DNA of 64,000 bases from Tubiluchus corallicola (GCA_030141605.1 JAQGDQ010000678.1:50316-114315); one strand, 5' to 3'; shown: positions 38,623-52,082, counted from the stretch's first letter. Translations and numbers: made by a program. Notes: a model not told the origin generated them from the letters alone.

Positions 38623-38722
38623 CAGGAGTCTTCGTGTCGCTTTTTCGCCTCTCCTTTTCGTCTTCGGGTGCCAAACCGTCCTCGACTGGCTTCGCCTCTT
38701 TTGGCTTCTTCTTCTTGGCAAC
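38623..38722 (-). CDS. unc-22: Exon VAKKKKPKEAKPVEDGLAPEDEKERRKSDTKTP, phase 0-1
   Basis: ttttttggcag acceptor, gtgagt donor, 100 nt. Confidence 0.8.
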
Positions 38723-40383
38723 CTGCCAAAAAACCATCCAAATATCGTAAGTCGAAACGAAGAAAACGTAAACGGCGACTACAATCTTACAATAAACGTG
38801 GTTCGCAGAGAAGCTGGAAAGATTTCCGCTTCCAACTTTCCGTCGCTACAACTAAAACGCAAGCATACATTGTAAACACATCACAAACTAACTAAACTAA
38901 ACAACTTCACATACACAAGACTAAAAAGTTCAAAACTGCTAATGACAACAAACACAAGCTACACATGACAAAGATTTCCACTTCCAACTTTCTGTCGCTA
39001 CAACTAAAACACAAGCATACATTGTAAACACATCATCCACTAACTAAGCTAAGCAACTTCACACACGCGAGACTAAAAAGTTCAAAACTGCTAATGACAA
39101 CAAACACAACCTACACACGACAAAGATTTCCACTTCCAGTTTTCCGTCACTACAACAAAAACACAAAATCTAACACTGCCATCCTAAGAAAACTCCAATG
39201 AGTAGAAAAATTCACTAAAAATTTGCTAATAAGTCGACTGTTCAGAGTCATTAGTTTTTCTCCAATTTATGCAGAGAGTAATTATTTTAATTCCTAATCT
39301 AGAATTTTAAATCGAAACCAACTACAATTATGACAAATATTAATAAAATTTGCTTTATTATTAATTAAACGTTAATTAAAACGTGCTTTATTATTTTCAA
39401 CAAATTAAGAGCACTGTTAAAATAAGTTGCTTACAACTCAAAAGGTTATTGAGCGAGATTACCTAGAAAAGCTTTAATTTTGTACTATTAAAATTACACT
39501 AAACTAAGAAAATATATTAATTAAATATTTGCCTATTTGTCAATTTAAAAAGCTTCGAGATTTTACGTTATTAAAAAGTTATTAATTGATTAATACAAAG
39601 TTCGTATTGTAAAGCAATAACGTCTGTCACATCAGTTCAGTAACTTCAGTGGTTTTACTTGGACTTTACGTACAGACTAATGCACAATTAAGTAAAGTCC
39701 AAGTAAAACCACTGAAGTTACTGAACTGATGTGACAGACGTGTTTGCTTTACTGCCTATTTGTCAATTTAAGAAGCTTTGAGACTTTTACGTTATTAAAA
39801 CGTTATTATTAATTGATTAATACTAACGAGAACAAATAATTATTACAAAGTTGGTATTGTAAAGCAATCACGTCTGTCACATCAGTTCAGTAACTTCAGT
39901 GGTTTTACTTGGACTTTGCGTACAGACTAATGCACAATCAAGTAAAGTCCGAGTAAAACCACTGAAGTTACTGAACTTATGTGACAGACGTGTTTGCTTT
40001 ACAAACACGTCAGGTGACAATTGTAGTTAAGGCGCATTGCTGTGTGTTACACTTAATGCACAATTAAGTAGAGTGATTTATTCAGTATGAAGTTCAAGAA
40101 TAACAGACAGCCACTCGTAGTAAAAACTAAGTTTATTAGGACGGTTATAGGACTACAATACTACACGGTTAACAAGAACTCAATAAGCTAAGATTTAGAG
40201 TAGAAAACATTCACGACAGCGAAAACCACTGGCTTCGACGACAAGCTTGCAACTAGTGGAAGAGAAATGATTGAAACTGCGGAAGCCATTGATAATAATA
40301 ATAATAAAAAAGAAGCCAGATAAGTTGAAATCAGCCAAAATCGGGCGAAATTTTCCGAACGTTTTGGATATCTGTAGATTCGG

Positions 40384-41266
40384 TAGGGATGTACCGGATT
40401 CGGATGCCCATCCGGTAATTTCAACGGTTCCGGATCTGTCCAGCACAAATTTCATAGGGATTTTATACTGTTTACATTACTATTATTCTGTGCATAAAAC
40501 TATCGATTGCGGAAAAACAGAACGGGTAAGAAACCACATAGATGACAATATAATCACCGGAAACAGTCTTAATTTATTTAAAGTATTTGAAGGATTTCTA
40601 TCGAAATCTTCGGAAATTTACAACGGTATTGCCTAGTTCTTGTGCCGCGATGCGTGCAGCGCAAGCAACACCGGCAATCTTCACCGGCTGTGGTTTCTTG
40701 ATACCGCAGAGCCTTCTATTGTCAGGAAAAGTATATTTTCGCATTTTTTTACTTTAAACCAAGCGGAGATCAAGTGTTGAAAATGACTGTACATCAACGT
40801 TTGCAGTGTCTCCACTTAAAATTACAGTAATATGTAGAACTGGATCCGAAACCGGCACATGCAGATCTGGATTCGATCCGAAACCGGCATGTACAGATAC
40901 GGATTCTATGCGAAACTAGCACATGCAGATCCGGATTTGATCAAAAGGCTGGCGCACACAGATCCGGATTCGATCTGAAACCGGCACATACAGGTACGGA
41001 TTCTATCCGAAACTGGCACGTACTGATACGGATTCTATCCGAAACTGGCACGTACTGATACGGATTTGATCAAAAGGCTGGTGCATACAGATCCGGATTC
41101 GATCCAGAATCGGCATTAACAGATCCTGATTCTATCCGAAACTAGCAGATGCGGATCGGGATTCTATCCAGAACCGGTACATACAGATCCACATTCAATC
41201 CAAGACCGGCAAAAGTGGATCTGGATTCGGCGTTAAACTGGTAAAAGTGGATCCGGTGCATCCCTA
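40384..41266. mobile_element. hAT-like MITE with ~30-bp subterminal repeats
   Basis: TAGGGATGTACCGGAT...ATCCGGTGCATCCCTA; TSD agattcgg/acatttgg (6/8 match). Confidence 0.8.
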
Positions 41267-41478
41267 ACATTTGGTGATAAAAAGCGATGAAATACACCAA
41301 TATTTTAGAAGTACGAACCATAAAATGTCGCGTTCTAAATTTTTGTTTTAAAATTCTTGAAGCCATTTTGGAAAGTTTTGGAAGCCATTTTGAAAAGTTT
41401 TGGAAGCCATTTTGGAAAGTTTTTGCGTTCCGACACAACTGGCATCTAGCAGAAACAATCATCCTCGTTCGAACGTAC

Positions 41479-41565
41479 CCAGTCGTCGTCGTCTTCATCT
41501 TCATCGCTGTAATAATCCTCAGCTTCCACGTCATGCTCAATTACGGGATCGAGATTAGAATACGT
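41479..41565 (-). CDS. unc-22: Exon TYSNLDPVIEHDVEAEDYYSDEDEDDDDW, phase 0-0
   Basis: ttctgcttatcccag acceptor, TGG|gtacgt donor, 87 nt. Confidence 0.75.
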
Positions 41566-41643
41566 CTGGGATAAGCAGAAAAACTCAACAGACACAACAA
41601 GCAGTATAATATAGTAGTTGAACGACACAGTGAGAAGACAATG

Positions 41644-42012
41644 AAGCATTTTCACAGTTGCAGCGATTGATGATGATCGTGAAGCGGTCAAAGGTTAAGT
41701 GAGTACACTTTACAACGCCTCGCAGCCCATGCTGTTGCAGTACTAACCGTTTTAACAGCTAGCTAGAATCTTACCTAGTTCATTTTTTCTTGTTCCCAAG
41801 CAAGATCCTGCTAGTAAATCAATCTACGTACAGACTAATGCATAATTAAGTAAATTTCATGTAGAAAACTCAAATTACTGAACTGATGCGGCAGACGGCT
41901 TGGCTTTACACACATGTTACATGACGGTTGTAGTGCGACGCGTTCCCGTGGTACACTTGACCTTTGACCTACAGCAACCGCGCATGCGCACAACGAAACT
42001 GTGAAAAGGCTT
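41644..42012. mobile_element. MITE family F copy
   Basis: AAGCATTTTCACAGTT...AACTGTGAAAAGGCTT; body shared with the 46344 and 59685 copies; fragments at ~38006-38270, ~39600-40075 and ~26330-26380. Confidence 0.75.
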
Positions 42013-42165
42013 TATACGGGAAGGGCGAAATCATTGTATACCAAACTTAGCCTAGCAAATGTTAAATGAGGATACAATATTTCGCAGGAAACGGCAACGG
42101 TTTACTAATGCGGTGATGTCAATAGATGAAATTTCAGTGCACTGTGCTGCTTTAATATCGTACAG

Positions 42166-42666
42166 CAGGGGTGTGCAAATTGCGGCCTGCAGGCCACTTG
42201 CGGCCCGCCGAGAGAATTTGTGTGGCCCTCGAAGAGGTTTGTCAACCTAATGAAAGTGCGGCCCGGGCGATTAATTGAGTGTATCCAGCTGAAGTCCGTG
42301 CCACGATCCCAAAGATAGTACGGGTAGTTTTTTCTACTAGATCGGATGCCATTAACCCTTACAAGACGGTTGTAGCTTAATGTCACTGTACTACACGGAC
42401 TGTGTGATATACATTACTAATATGCATTGTAATGAAATTACCACTATCTGTCCTGAAAGTAGAAATATATGGTTTGTAATATAAATTTTAATAACTTCTA
42501 AAATAGTTTCTTGAGTGTAGTAGTAATGATGTACGCAGGTCGGATACAAAAAAAATCGTTATTAGGCCTTTCTGTACTTGGCTCATTGATCAAACTGCCT
42601 GTGGCCCGCAGGAATTGCGGGAAAGTTTAATGTGGCCCGGCTAGTCAGATAATTTGCACACCCCTG
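42166..42666. mobile_element. hAT-like MITE, family A copy 2 (inverted relative to copy 1)
   Basis: Same TIRs; body is a near-identical reverse complement of 17645-18128; no clear TSD. Confidence 0.9.
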
Positions 42667-42955
42667 ATATAAGGTAACATAAGGTGGAATATGGAGGGCA
42701 TGCCAGAACAAGTTAATTTACAGTGACTTGGAATAAGTTATAGACATAGGGGTTCGTTCACACTGTGCAGAGAAAAAAACACACACAAATTTTTGTTTGT
42801 AAATTGAATTAAGAGTAGAACAAATTATTCAACTGTTTGAAGAGAACGTTTATGCTGCTAATCACCAAGCTCGGGTTTTGCTGTTTCACGGCAAAAAAGT
42901 AAATTTAAAGTAAAAATGTCATGAATTATTCAAACAATGGAGGAAGAATTCTTCT

Positions 42956-44136
42956 CAGCGGCGTAGCTAGGTTCAGGGGGAGCAAGCAAATAAAAAAGAC
43001 ACCGTGACACCCGAAGCAAATGCATGTTTGTCTAAGCCACAGCAACAGCGATCATTATATGAGCAATATTATTATTATTACAGGGATGAGAATGATAAAT
43101 TGCAAAAAACTCTGATATAGGCCGGGGGTTTGGGGGCCGTGTAGGCCATAGAGAGCCTCTAAGTGGACTTAAAATATCAATTACCTTGTTTCATGCATAA
43201 TTTAAAATACCCAACTATCAAGGATACATGATACGTAATTGTCTCAAAAACGCCTAAGTACTGGCCGCTCCTATGCAAAAGTATATAAAAACTGTCTGCA
43301 ATTGACTCAAATAACTCCGCACAATTGATTCTATATTTTTATACATAGAGATATACACGTGGTTACACTGATTTACGTGATGTAAACAAAGTGACGGCCT
43401 GCCAACTAGCGGTCAGCTTGTGAAATAATGTACTGGGTCCGTAAAAATTTTCTCAACAAATTTACGCGATTTACAAAAATGGCGCTACTGGTCTTCCAAA
43501 AACTCGGAATTCCGAGGATCCGCGGAAAATTCTCATCCCTGCAAATATTACTTTACAATTTAAAAAAAACGAATCGCTAATTACAGGTGATCATATCGCA
43601 AGCAGCATTTATCAACAAGGAGTCACCATCTTGCAAATGACATGTGCATGATGTGATCAGTTGGACAAATGTGCTTGGATATGACAGAACTTCTCTCAAA
43701 GCATTTTACTGGAAATTTACAGCAGACATTTGATATCATTAACACTTACATCTACAAAGCATGTCAAAGAGTTCAATTTGAAAAAATTTAAAATTTAAAA
43801 ATGACTCGAATGAAAGTGTTAAAGGAAGCACACAAAAGCTAAGGATCCGCGGAAAATTCTCATCCCTGCAACGTCTATAATCTATAATTTGAGTCAATCA
43901 GTCTGACAAATGAGTGGGGAAAACGTACGCTCATTTCAAAAACCCGGGAGGCACGTTGGTCAAACGCAGTAACGACTCTATAAAGTAAAGTTCTGAGGCC
44001 GCGACGAGCAAAAAAACCAAAAGACCAGACGACTTTTGTCGTGCGAAAGAGTTACAAAATTTTTTTAAAAAGTTTTAAAAAATGTGCTCGAGCGGAGCGA
44101 TTGCGACCCTTGCTACCCCTTTTAGCTACGCCACTG
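42956..44136. mobile_element. hAT-like element hosting the family D copy
   Basis: CAGCGGCGTAGCTA...TAGCTACGCCACTG; degenerate 8-bp TSD attcttct/attgttgt. Confidence 0.7.
43081..43868. mobile_element. Family D copy with extra ~300 bp and a duplicated right TIR
   Basis: Left TIR at 43081, right TIR at ~43541, then sequence matching 6658-6954, then a second right end GGATCCGCGGAAAATTCTCATCCCTG. Confidence 0.8.
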
Positions 44137-44369
44137 ATTGTTGTCGTCAAAGAGAGAACCTTATTTTACGTTTTTATCTAAACTGCTACTAAAGAACAGC
44201 ACAACACACAGATTTATTTCGTGTAACGTATTTCCTAAACTGCGTAGTACATTTTTTTTTTCGCAAACTGATTATCTTAACGGCACATCTTTGCAAAGTT
44301 TGCTTTAGTTTGTGTTATAAACTCAACCTGCAAAACTTGAAATGAAAAAAATCCAAAAATAACATGCAG

Positions 44370-45080
44370 GTCAAAATCGGCGCAACAAAAATTCAAAAAA
44401 TCATCAAGAAACCTCTTTCAATTAATTCCGCTTTAATCAAAATCGGCGCAACAAAAATTCAAAAAAATATTAACAAACCTTTTTTAATTAATTCTGCATT
44501 AACCAAAATCGGCGCAACAAAAATTTAAAAAATATTAACAAACCTTTTTTAATTAATTCCGCATTAACCTAAATCGGCGCAACAAAATTAAAAAAATATT
44601 AACAAACCTTTTTTAATTAATTCCGCATTAACAAAAATCGGCGCAACAAAAATTCAAAAAATATTAACAAACCTTTTTTAATTAATTCCGCATTAACCAA
44701 AATCGGCGCAACAAAAATTAAAAAATATTAACAAACCTTTTTTAATTAATTCCGCATTAACCAAAATCGGCGCAACAAATATTCAAAAAATAATTTTCTT
44801 TCAATTAATTCTGCATTAACCAAATTCGGCGCAACAAATATTCAAAAAAATATCAACAAACCTCTTTCAATTAATTCTGCATTAACCAAATTCGGCGCAA
44901 CAAAAATTAAAAAAATATTAACAAACCTCTTTCAATGAATTCCGCATTAGCCAAAATCGGCGCAGCAAAAATTCAAAAAATATCAACAAACCTCTTTCAA
45001 TTAAGTCCACATTAACCAAAATCGGCGCAGCAAAAATTCAAAAAATATTAATAAACCTCTTTCAATTAATTCCACATCAA
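44370..45080. repeat. ~64-bp tandem repeat, ~11 copies
   Basis: aaaatcggcgcaacaaaaatt...ttaattccgcattaacc recurs. Confidence 0.9.
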
Positions 45081-45243
45081 ATAAATATTTTCAATTTATA
45101 GATTTAATGAAAGCTAAAAAGGAGTTATCATTTTGTTATTAAAGAAGCGTTCAAAACGTTACGGCATCTACGTGAAAAAGTTTGAACGAAGCAAATAATA
45201 AAAAAAATGAATAAGTTTTCTACGAAGCTGTAACTATGGTTAC

Positions 45244-45285
45244 CTCAGACTCTTCGTCAGATTCGATCTCATATTCATCCGCAGT
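45244..45285 (-). CDS. unc-22: Small exon TADEYEIESDEESE, phase 0-0
   Basis: gtgtag acceptor, GAG|gtaacc donor, 42 nt, acidic. Confidence 0.7.
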
Positions 45286-46209
45286 CTACACATTAAATAC
45301 GAAATTTTAAACTCATAGATAATGTTGGATACATGTTGGCCAAAAGAAATATTGTCTTAACTATTTCTTATGAGTATCGTTTGCTTAAGAAATGACCACG
45401 GCCCTGTTCATACCAGACTATGCCTGGTTGAGTGCAGTTAACTTATGTCAATACTTGTTTGGATACATGTTGGCTAAAAGAAATATTGTCTTAACTATTT
45501 CGTATGCATATTGTTTGCTTAAGAAATAGCCACGGCCCTGTTTATATAAGAGACTATGCCTGGTCGAGTGCGGTTAACTTATGTCGATACTTGTTAAGTG
45601 TGGCAAACCATTTGTCTAAGCTAAGCAAATTCATTTCATAAATAATTTTACATGAAAATCCATCGTGTGAGGAGAAGAAACCTACAAAAATTATGAAATT
45701 TAAGCTAATCACTGCTTGTAGTGAGAGTAATTTTTCTTGAACCCGTGCGAAATGCAGGAAATGCTTACCTTAAGAAGTTAACTAGCTCCAACTTAAGACA
45801 ATTTAACTATAATAGAGTCATTTTGAGCATTATCTCTCTTAAGCAGCTAGTTATATAATTATTTACACTTTGAAAATTTATAATCTTTCACATTCCACGT
45901 TTGAGTCCTCGTCATTTTTTTAACTACTAGCAAAAATTATTATTTATCGCATTAATTATCTACGCTAAAAAATTTCCGCTGTATGAAATTTATGCAAATG
46001 AAAATTAATAATGATTTGTCTCAGTAACGAGGAAGCTGATTAAAGCAAAATTTTTAACAGTTTTACATATTGATCGATTAAATTTAATTTTTAATTTTTC
46101 ATAATTAATTTATTAATCGTAGGATGTGTAGATTCGAAGAGGGTAGACGATCAACACGACACTCGAGAGAAAACTTACAAAATAAGTCAAATGGTAACGA
46201 ACTTTTTAC

Positions 46210-46242
46210 CTTTTTCTTCTTCTCTTCCTTCTCCTCTTCCGG
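46210..46242 (-). CDS. unc-22: Small exon PEEEKEEKKKK, phase 0-0
   Basis: ctaatgactcgtttgtctttacag acceptor, AAG|gtaaaa donor, 33 nt. Confidence 0.75.
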
Positions 46243-46343
46243 CTGTAAAGACAAACGAGTCATTAGAAGCTTGACAGCGAAAAAAGTCAAACGTAGAAAA
46301 AGGGAAAAAAGGTAGAAAAAGGTGCAAAATTACAGATACCTAG

Positions 46344-46852
46344 AAGCCTTTTCACAGTTTCGTTGTGCGCATGCTATAAGTCAAAGGTTAAGTGTACCAC
46401 ACAGCAATGCGCCTTAGCTACAATTGTCACCCGACGTGTTTGTAAAGCAATCACGTCTGTCACATCAGTTCAGTAACTTCAGTGGTTTTACTTGGACTTT
46501 ACGTACAGACTAATGCACAATTAAGTAAAGTCCAAGTAAAACCACTGAAGTTACTGAACTGATGTGACAGACATGTTTGCTTTACAAACACGTCAGGTGA
46601 CAATTGTAGTTAAGGCGCATTGCTGTGTGTTACACTTAATGCACAATTAAGTAGAGTGATTTACTAGCAGGATCTTGCTTGGGAATAAGAGAAAATGAAC
46701 TAGGTAAGGTTCTAGCTAGTTGTTAAAACTGTTACTATTACAATAGCATGAGCTGCGAGACATTGTCAAGTGTACACAAATGTGTTGTCTGGTACACTTA
46801 ACCTTTGACCTTTTCACGATCATCATCAATCGCTGGAACTGTGAAAAAGCTT
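46344..46852. mobile_element. MITE family F (possibly Harbinger-like) with an internal palindrome
   Basis: AAGCCTTTTCACAGTT...AACTGTGAAAAAGCTT. Confidence 0.75.
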
Positions 46853-47447
46853 ATTGCCAAGCACATATAAGGAATGGGTAAATCATTTGTTCATAATCAT
46901 AAGACAACTAATTACAAAGAACGGCTTATGAGCCACAAAAAATGTGTAATTATTAAAAAAAGCTTTAAACTTCATTTCCGATAATGGCAACAGATCAGCA
47001 AACTGCAAAATTTAAAGGAAAGCTCAACCATTGTCGCAAGTTGGGTTCATTTCAATGTCAGAAGGATTTTGTGATAAAAGTGTGACATGTGCTGCCATTA
47101 CTACAGTGTGATATGTGCAATTACTAAAATCACGTTAAAGTCACGATCACTTCATTCTTGGGTGCTGCCATTCTGAACGCCCGTTCTTGAAACCAATGAC
47201 GTCATTCGTCGACCGAAGAAAAGCAGCGCACTGATGATTTCCGTTAAAAGTGCAAATTTTAAGTAATAAGTTTTAGAGAAAAATGGATAAGTAATTTTGC
47301 GATATCTTCGACTGCCCTCCCTTCCACCAATGACATCATTCGCCCCGAGCAAAAGCGGCACACTTTCAATTTTTCATAACAAGTTTGTAATACTTCTGCC
47401 CGAACATTAGATGAGCTGCAGAAGTTTGAATTAGTTTAAGCAGCACG

Positions 47448-47990
47448 CGCTTATGAAAAGCCACGATGCGATTACGAAAAGCCACGATGCGATTACGAAA
47501 AGTCACGATGCGCTTACGAAAAGTCACGTTGCGCTTACGAAAAGTCACGTTGCGCTTACGAAAAGCCACGTTGCACTTACGAAAAGCCACGTTGCGCTTA
47601 CGAAAAGCCACGTTGCGCTTACGAAAAGCCACGTTGCGTTTACGAAAAGTCACGATGAGCTTATGAAAAGTCACGATGCGTTTACGAAAAGCCTCTTTGC
47701 GCTTACGAAAAGCCACTTTGCGCTTACGAAAAGCCACGTCGCACTTAGGAAAAGTCACGATGGGCTTACGAAAAGTCACGATGGGCTTACAAAAAGCCAT
47801 GTTGCGCTTACGAAAAGCCACGTTGCGCTTACGAAAAGCCACATTGCGCTTACGAAAAGCCACGTTGCACTTAGGAAAAGTCACGATGGGCTTACGAAAA
47901 GTCACGATGGGCTTACGAAAAGCCACGTTTTGCTTACGAAAAGCCACGATGGGCTTACGAAAAACCACGATGTGCTTCCGAAGTCACGAA
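47448..47990. repeat. 21-bp minisatellite, ~25 copies
   Basis: Unit gcttacgaaaagccacgttgc. Confidence 0.95.
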
Positions 47991-48476
47991 GTCTCACAGT
48001 TATGTCACAATTTTCAAGCGAATGGCGGCAACAACCACCGCGTCTGAAAATTTCCATAAAACAAACTAATCTTATGCTTTAAAGACAATTAAGTTACAAA
48101 TTTCTTTGTTATATTTTTCTAAGTTTAAGCGATAACAGTAAAATAAACCCAACACATTGAGTGACTTGTTCTTTCCTTCTAAGCAGATTTGGTAGAGCAA
48201 AACTTGAGTTGAAACAAACAGATCTTTGATATCGTAGCAACAACAATAACAAAGCAAGCATTGAAGGCATACGTAACAAATGAACGTAACGATGAATACG
48301 GGTATGAAAAGTTATACAGAAAGTATAAAAGAAAAATATATAATTTAAAGGCGTTACAAAGAAAGTGTTAAATCGTTAAGCACAATCCAAGACACCTTAA
48401 ATAAACAGAATAAGAAATTCCACAATAAACATGTTTCATGTAAATCCAAATGTTAAAACAAACCGTATAGGTTCAA

Positions 48477-49201
48477 CTCCTTCAGGACCACAATGCTCAA
48501 AACAAGTCTTACAAGACCTAGGACTTTTCTGCTACTGTATGAGTACAGACATAACTAAATGATTACAAGTTAGGCACTGTTCTATTCGGGAGAATATTGG
48601 CTATCCAATCATGCTATTTGTTTAAACATTTATAAGTGATTTAATTGGATAAAATTAAGAAAAACACGCCCTCTTCAAGCACTCCAACTTAGCCTATTGA
48701 GTAGCTTAGTCTGGTGTACACTTGCGTGATCGTACACGTATTTTATTAATCGCCTGTTTGCTACAGCCCAAGCTGTGTAGTGTTCTACTGCTATTCCAGG
48801 AAAAACCAACCGATCAGTTAAAGACAAATTAAGGCTGTTTCATCTTTTAACAGGAATTTCTCCTTAAGATAGAGTAGACTTGAGGTCAAAGTTTATCAGA
48901 GTGTTGTGTCTGGATAGTTGAAATTTTCTACATTAGCTGATTTCATACAAGTGATACAGTACATTGTTGCAGTGCAAACACTGCAGTTACTGAAAGCTTT
49001 TTTTCAATTTATCTGTCAAAAATCGATTTTTTAATTTGTCTAAGGTAAACAGTTGCATTCCGCATAAAATTTTGCATGAGTATCCATTGTGAGGAGTAGA
49101 AACCTACAAAAATTATCAAACATAACGTAAATGCTGCTTAGTGAGAGCAGTTTTTCACCAACACATACAAAATGCAGCAAACGCTTAGGATCCTGAAGGA
49201 G
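48477..49201. mobile_element. piggyBac-like element (family G), second copy
   Basis: tcaa|CTCCTTCAGGA...TCCTGAAGGAG|ttaa; a further fragment lies at ~45640-45782. Confidence 0.75.
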
Positions 49202-50032
49202 TTAAGAAATCATTATAAGAATTCAAAAATCTTCATCAGCATCACTACTAGAAGAATATAGGATATATATATACACACACACATATATATATATATATCT
49301 ATAATGTAGAGCTATAGTCATTTTGATTTCTATATATATATAACAAATAGTAGAAATATATAAAATAAGATTAATGTACACAAAACGTAGCATACAACTC
49401 ACTACGAAATTGCCTGAAAAATGTAAGTTTTGGTCGACGTACATTTTGGCAATTCAACATGGCAGCTGGCAAATAAATAAAACTTTAGCGTGCACTGACA
49501 TGTGCTTGTGTACAAAATAAACAACAATAACAACAACAACGTAACTGCTTATCGTTACTTTTTTATACGCTTTGCACAGGACAAAAATAGTATAGAAAGA
49601 TCATAGTAAAGAAAGACTACGCAGAGATATATTGGGCGTGAAATACCACTGCATGGGGCGCGAGGAAAATGAGCGGGCGACCGTGATGTGTGTTTAGAGG
49701 CCGAATTTAGGCAACGTGGAACTCGGTCAGTAAGTGTATGGTCACAAAACTCAATCCTCTGCCTCTGCAACTGATTTCTTGTGAGAGGAGGCACGCTCAT
49801 CCAAATGTGGCTGAGACATCTCTGCCAGTTCAATGTCTTGTTCTGAGACGACGGTAACAACCTAGATACTGGTCCTACCACAAACACACACGCAAGGCAT
49901 GTCTTTGAATGAAATAAAGCATCTGCCAAGCTACATAAATGATAGGGAATATCTACAAAATGCCAATTATGCTCGCTGCCTGACCTAACGATCCATTCAA
50001 ACTGGCAAATTTTCTCGCCTAGTAACTTGAAC

Positions 50033-51508
50033 GTGTGTTCAGACTAGCTGCAAATTACTCTCCAACAGTAAGCGTGAGTTGATGCTCACTTCTCCCTTGT
50101 GAGAAGAGTCGAGAGTAACTCGCTGAGGCGTTCACACTATACAGTAAATCAACTCACAGCAATTGTCGAGAGTAACTCGCTGAGGCGTTCAAACTAGATA
50201 GTAAATCAACTCACAGCAACTGCCACACAGTTTGTAACTTCTTGCTGAAAGTAACTCGCTTAGGCGTTCACACTGACAGTAAATCAACTCACAGCAACTG
50301 CCACACAGTTTGCAACTTCTCAATAACTCGCTTACGTTCACACTAAGTAAATCAACTCACAGCAACTGCCACACAGTTTGCAACTTCTTGCTGAGAGTAA
50401 CTCGCTTAGGCGTTCACACTGACAGTAAATCATCTCACAGGAACAGCCACACAGTTTGCAACTTCTTGCTGAGAGTAACTCGCTTAGGCGTTCACACTGA
50501 CAGTAAATCATCTCACAGGAACAGCCACACAGTTTGCAACTTCTTGCTGAGAGTAACTCAGTACAGCAGTTCACACTTGTGACTTACTGTCAGTCCGAAC
50601 ATAAAGCAGTTCACACTTGTGACTTACTGTCAGTCTGAACGCAAAGCAGTTCACACTTGTGACTTACTGACAGTGTGAACGTAAAGCAGTTCACACTTGT
50701 GACTTACTGTCAGTCCGAACATAAAGCAGTTCACACTTGTGACTTACTGTCAGTCCAAACATAAAGCAGTTCACACTTTTGACTTACTGTCAGTCTGAAC
50801 ATAAAGCAGTTCACACTTGTGACTTACTGTCAGTCTGAAAGTAAAGCAGTTCACACTTGTGACTTACTGTCAGTCTGAAAGTAAAGCAGTTCACACTTGT
50901 GACTTACTGTCAGTCTGAACGCAAAGAGTTCACACTTGTGACTTACTGTCAGTCCGAATGTAAAGCAGTTCACACTTGTGACTTACTGTCAGCCAAACGT
51001 AAAGCAGTTCACACTTGTGACTTACTGTCAGTCCAAACGTAAAGCAGTTCCCACTTGTGACTTACTGTTAGTCCAAACGTAAAGCAGTTCACACTTGTGA
51101 CTTGCTGTCAGTTTGAACGTAAAGCAGTTCCCACTTGTGACTTACTGTCAGTCCAAACGTAAAGCAGTTCACACTTGTGACTTACTGTCAGTCAGAATGC
51201 AAAGCAGTTCCCACTTGTGACTTACTGTCAGTCTGAACGTAAAGCAGTTCACACTTGTGACTTGCTGTCAGTCTGAACGTAAAGCAGTTCACACTTGTGA
51301 CTTACTGTCAGTCTGAGCGTAAAGCAGTTCACACTTGTGACCGTAAAGCAGTTCACACTTGTGACTTGCTAACAGTCCGAACGTAAAGCAGTTCACGCTT
51401 TTGACTTACTGTCAGTCCGAACGTAAAGCAGTTCACACTTGTGACTTGCTGTCAGTCTGAACATAAAGCAGTTCACACTTGTGACACAAAACTGGCTAGT
51501 CTGAACAT
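50033..51508. mobile_element. MITE-like element filled with 70-bp and 40-bp arrays
   Basis: TGTTCAGACTAGC...GCTAGTCTGAACA inverted ends enclose both arrays. Confidence 0.55.
50565..51484. repeat. 40-bp minisatellite, ~23 copies (70-bp array at ~50110-50560)
   Basis: Unit aaagcagttcacacttgtgacttactgtcagtctgaacgt. Confidence 0.95.
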
Positions 51509-52082
51509 TTACAAAAGCACGAGCATTTACAAAAATACAAGATGAACTGGGGAATGGATAATTTGTTACGGCTGAATGAATGTTATTTCTCGAACATGAT
51601 TCTTTACTAACCAGGAATAAGTCTAACTAATATTACAGTTAAGCCATTATACATACAGGTACATAACTGACTACTCATTACTAACTAACCGTGTGAAAGT
51701 TCAACTTTCCAATGTGACTACAAGACACTTATACCAAAGGTTGTCTTGCAGCTGCCAAAGGAGCTAATGCACCAATCAGGTAAAGGTTTACTGAGCAAAT
51801 CACTAACAAGCCTTTTGGTTGGATAAGATTTGCTTAGAATAAGGGCATTATTTAGTGTCTCTACCTGTGAAGATTACGCTGCTCAACACTTCTGGGTGAA
51901 AGGAACAAGTTAGATAGATACTAAAGGTTCCAATGCTTAGGCGACTTGGCATTCATTTTTCTATGAAATACTAAGCAAATATGAAAACGTTTATGGATGA
52001 TTCGTTTATTAAAACACACGATGTCCTCATAACAAGTGCGGATAGATTTGCACTTTAATAAGCGAATCATCCGCAGGCCCAC

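Noticed and set aside
47366-48082. (VAFRKRN)n / (TKSHVAL)n ORFs resembling heptad repeats
   Set aside because: 21-bp minisatellite open on both strands; no convincing splice sites linking it to the gene.
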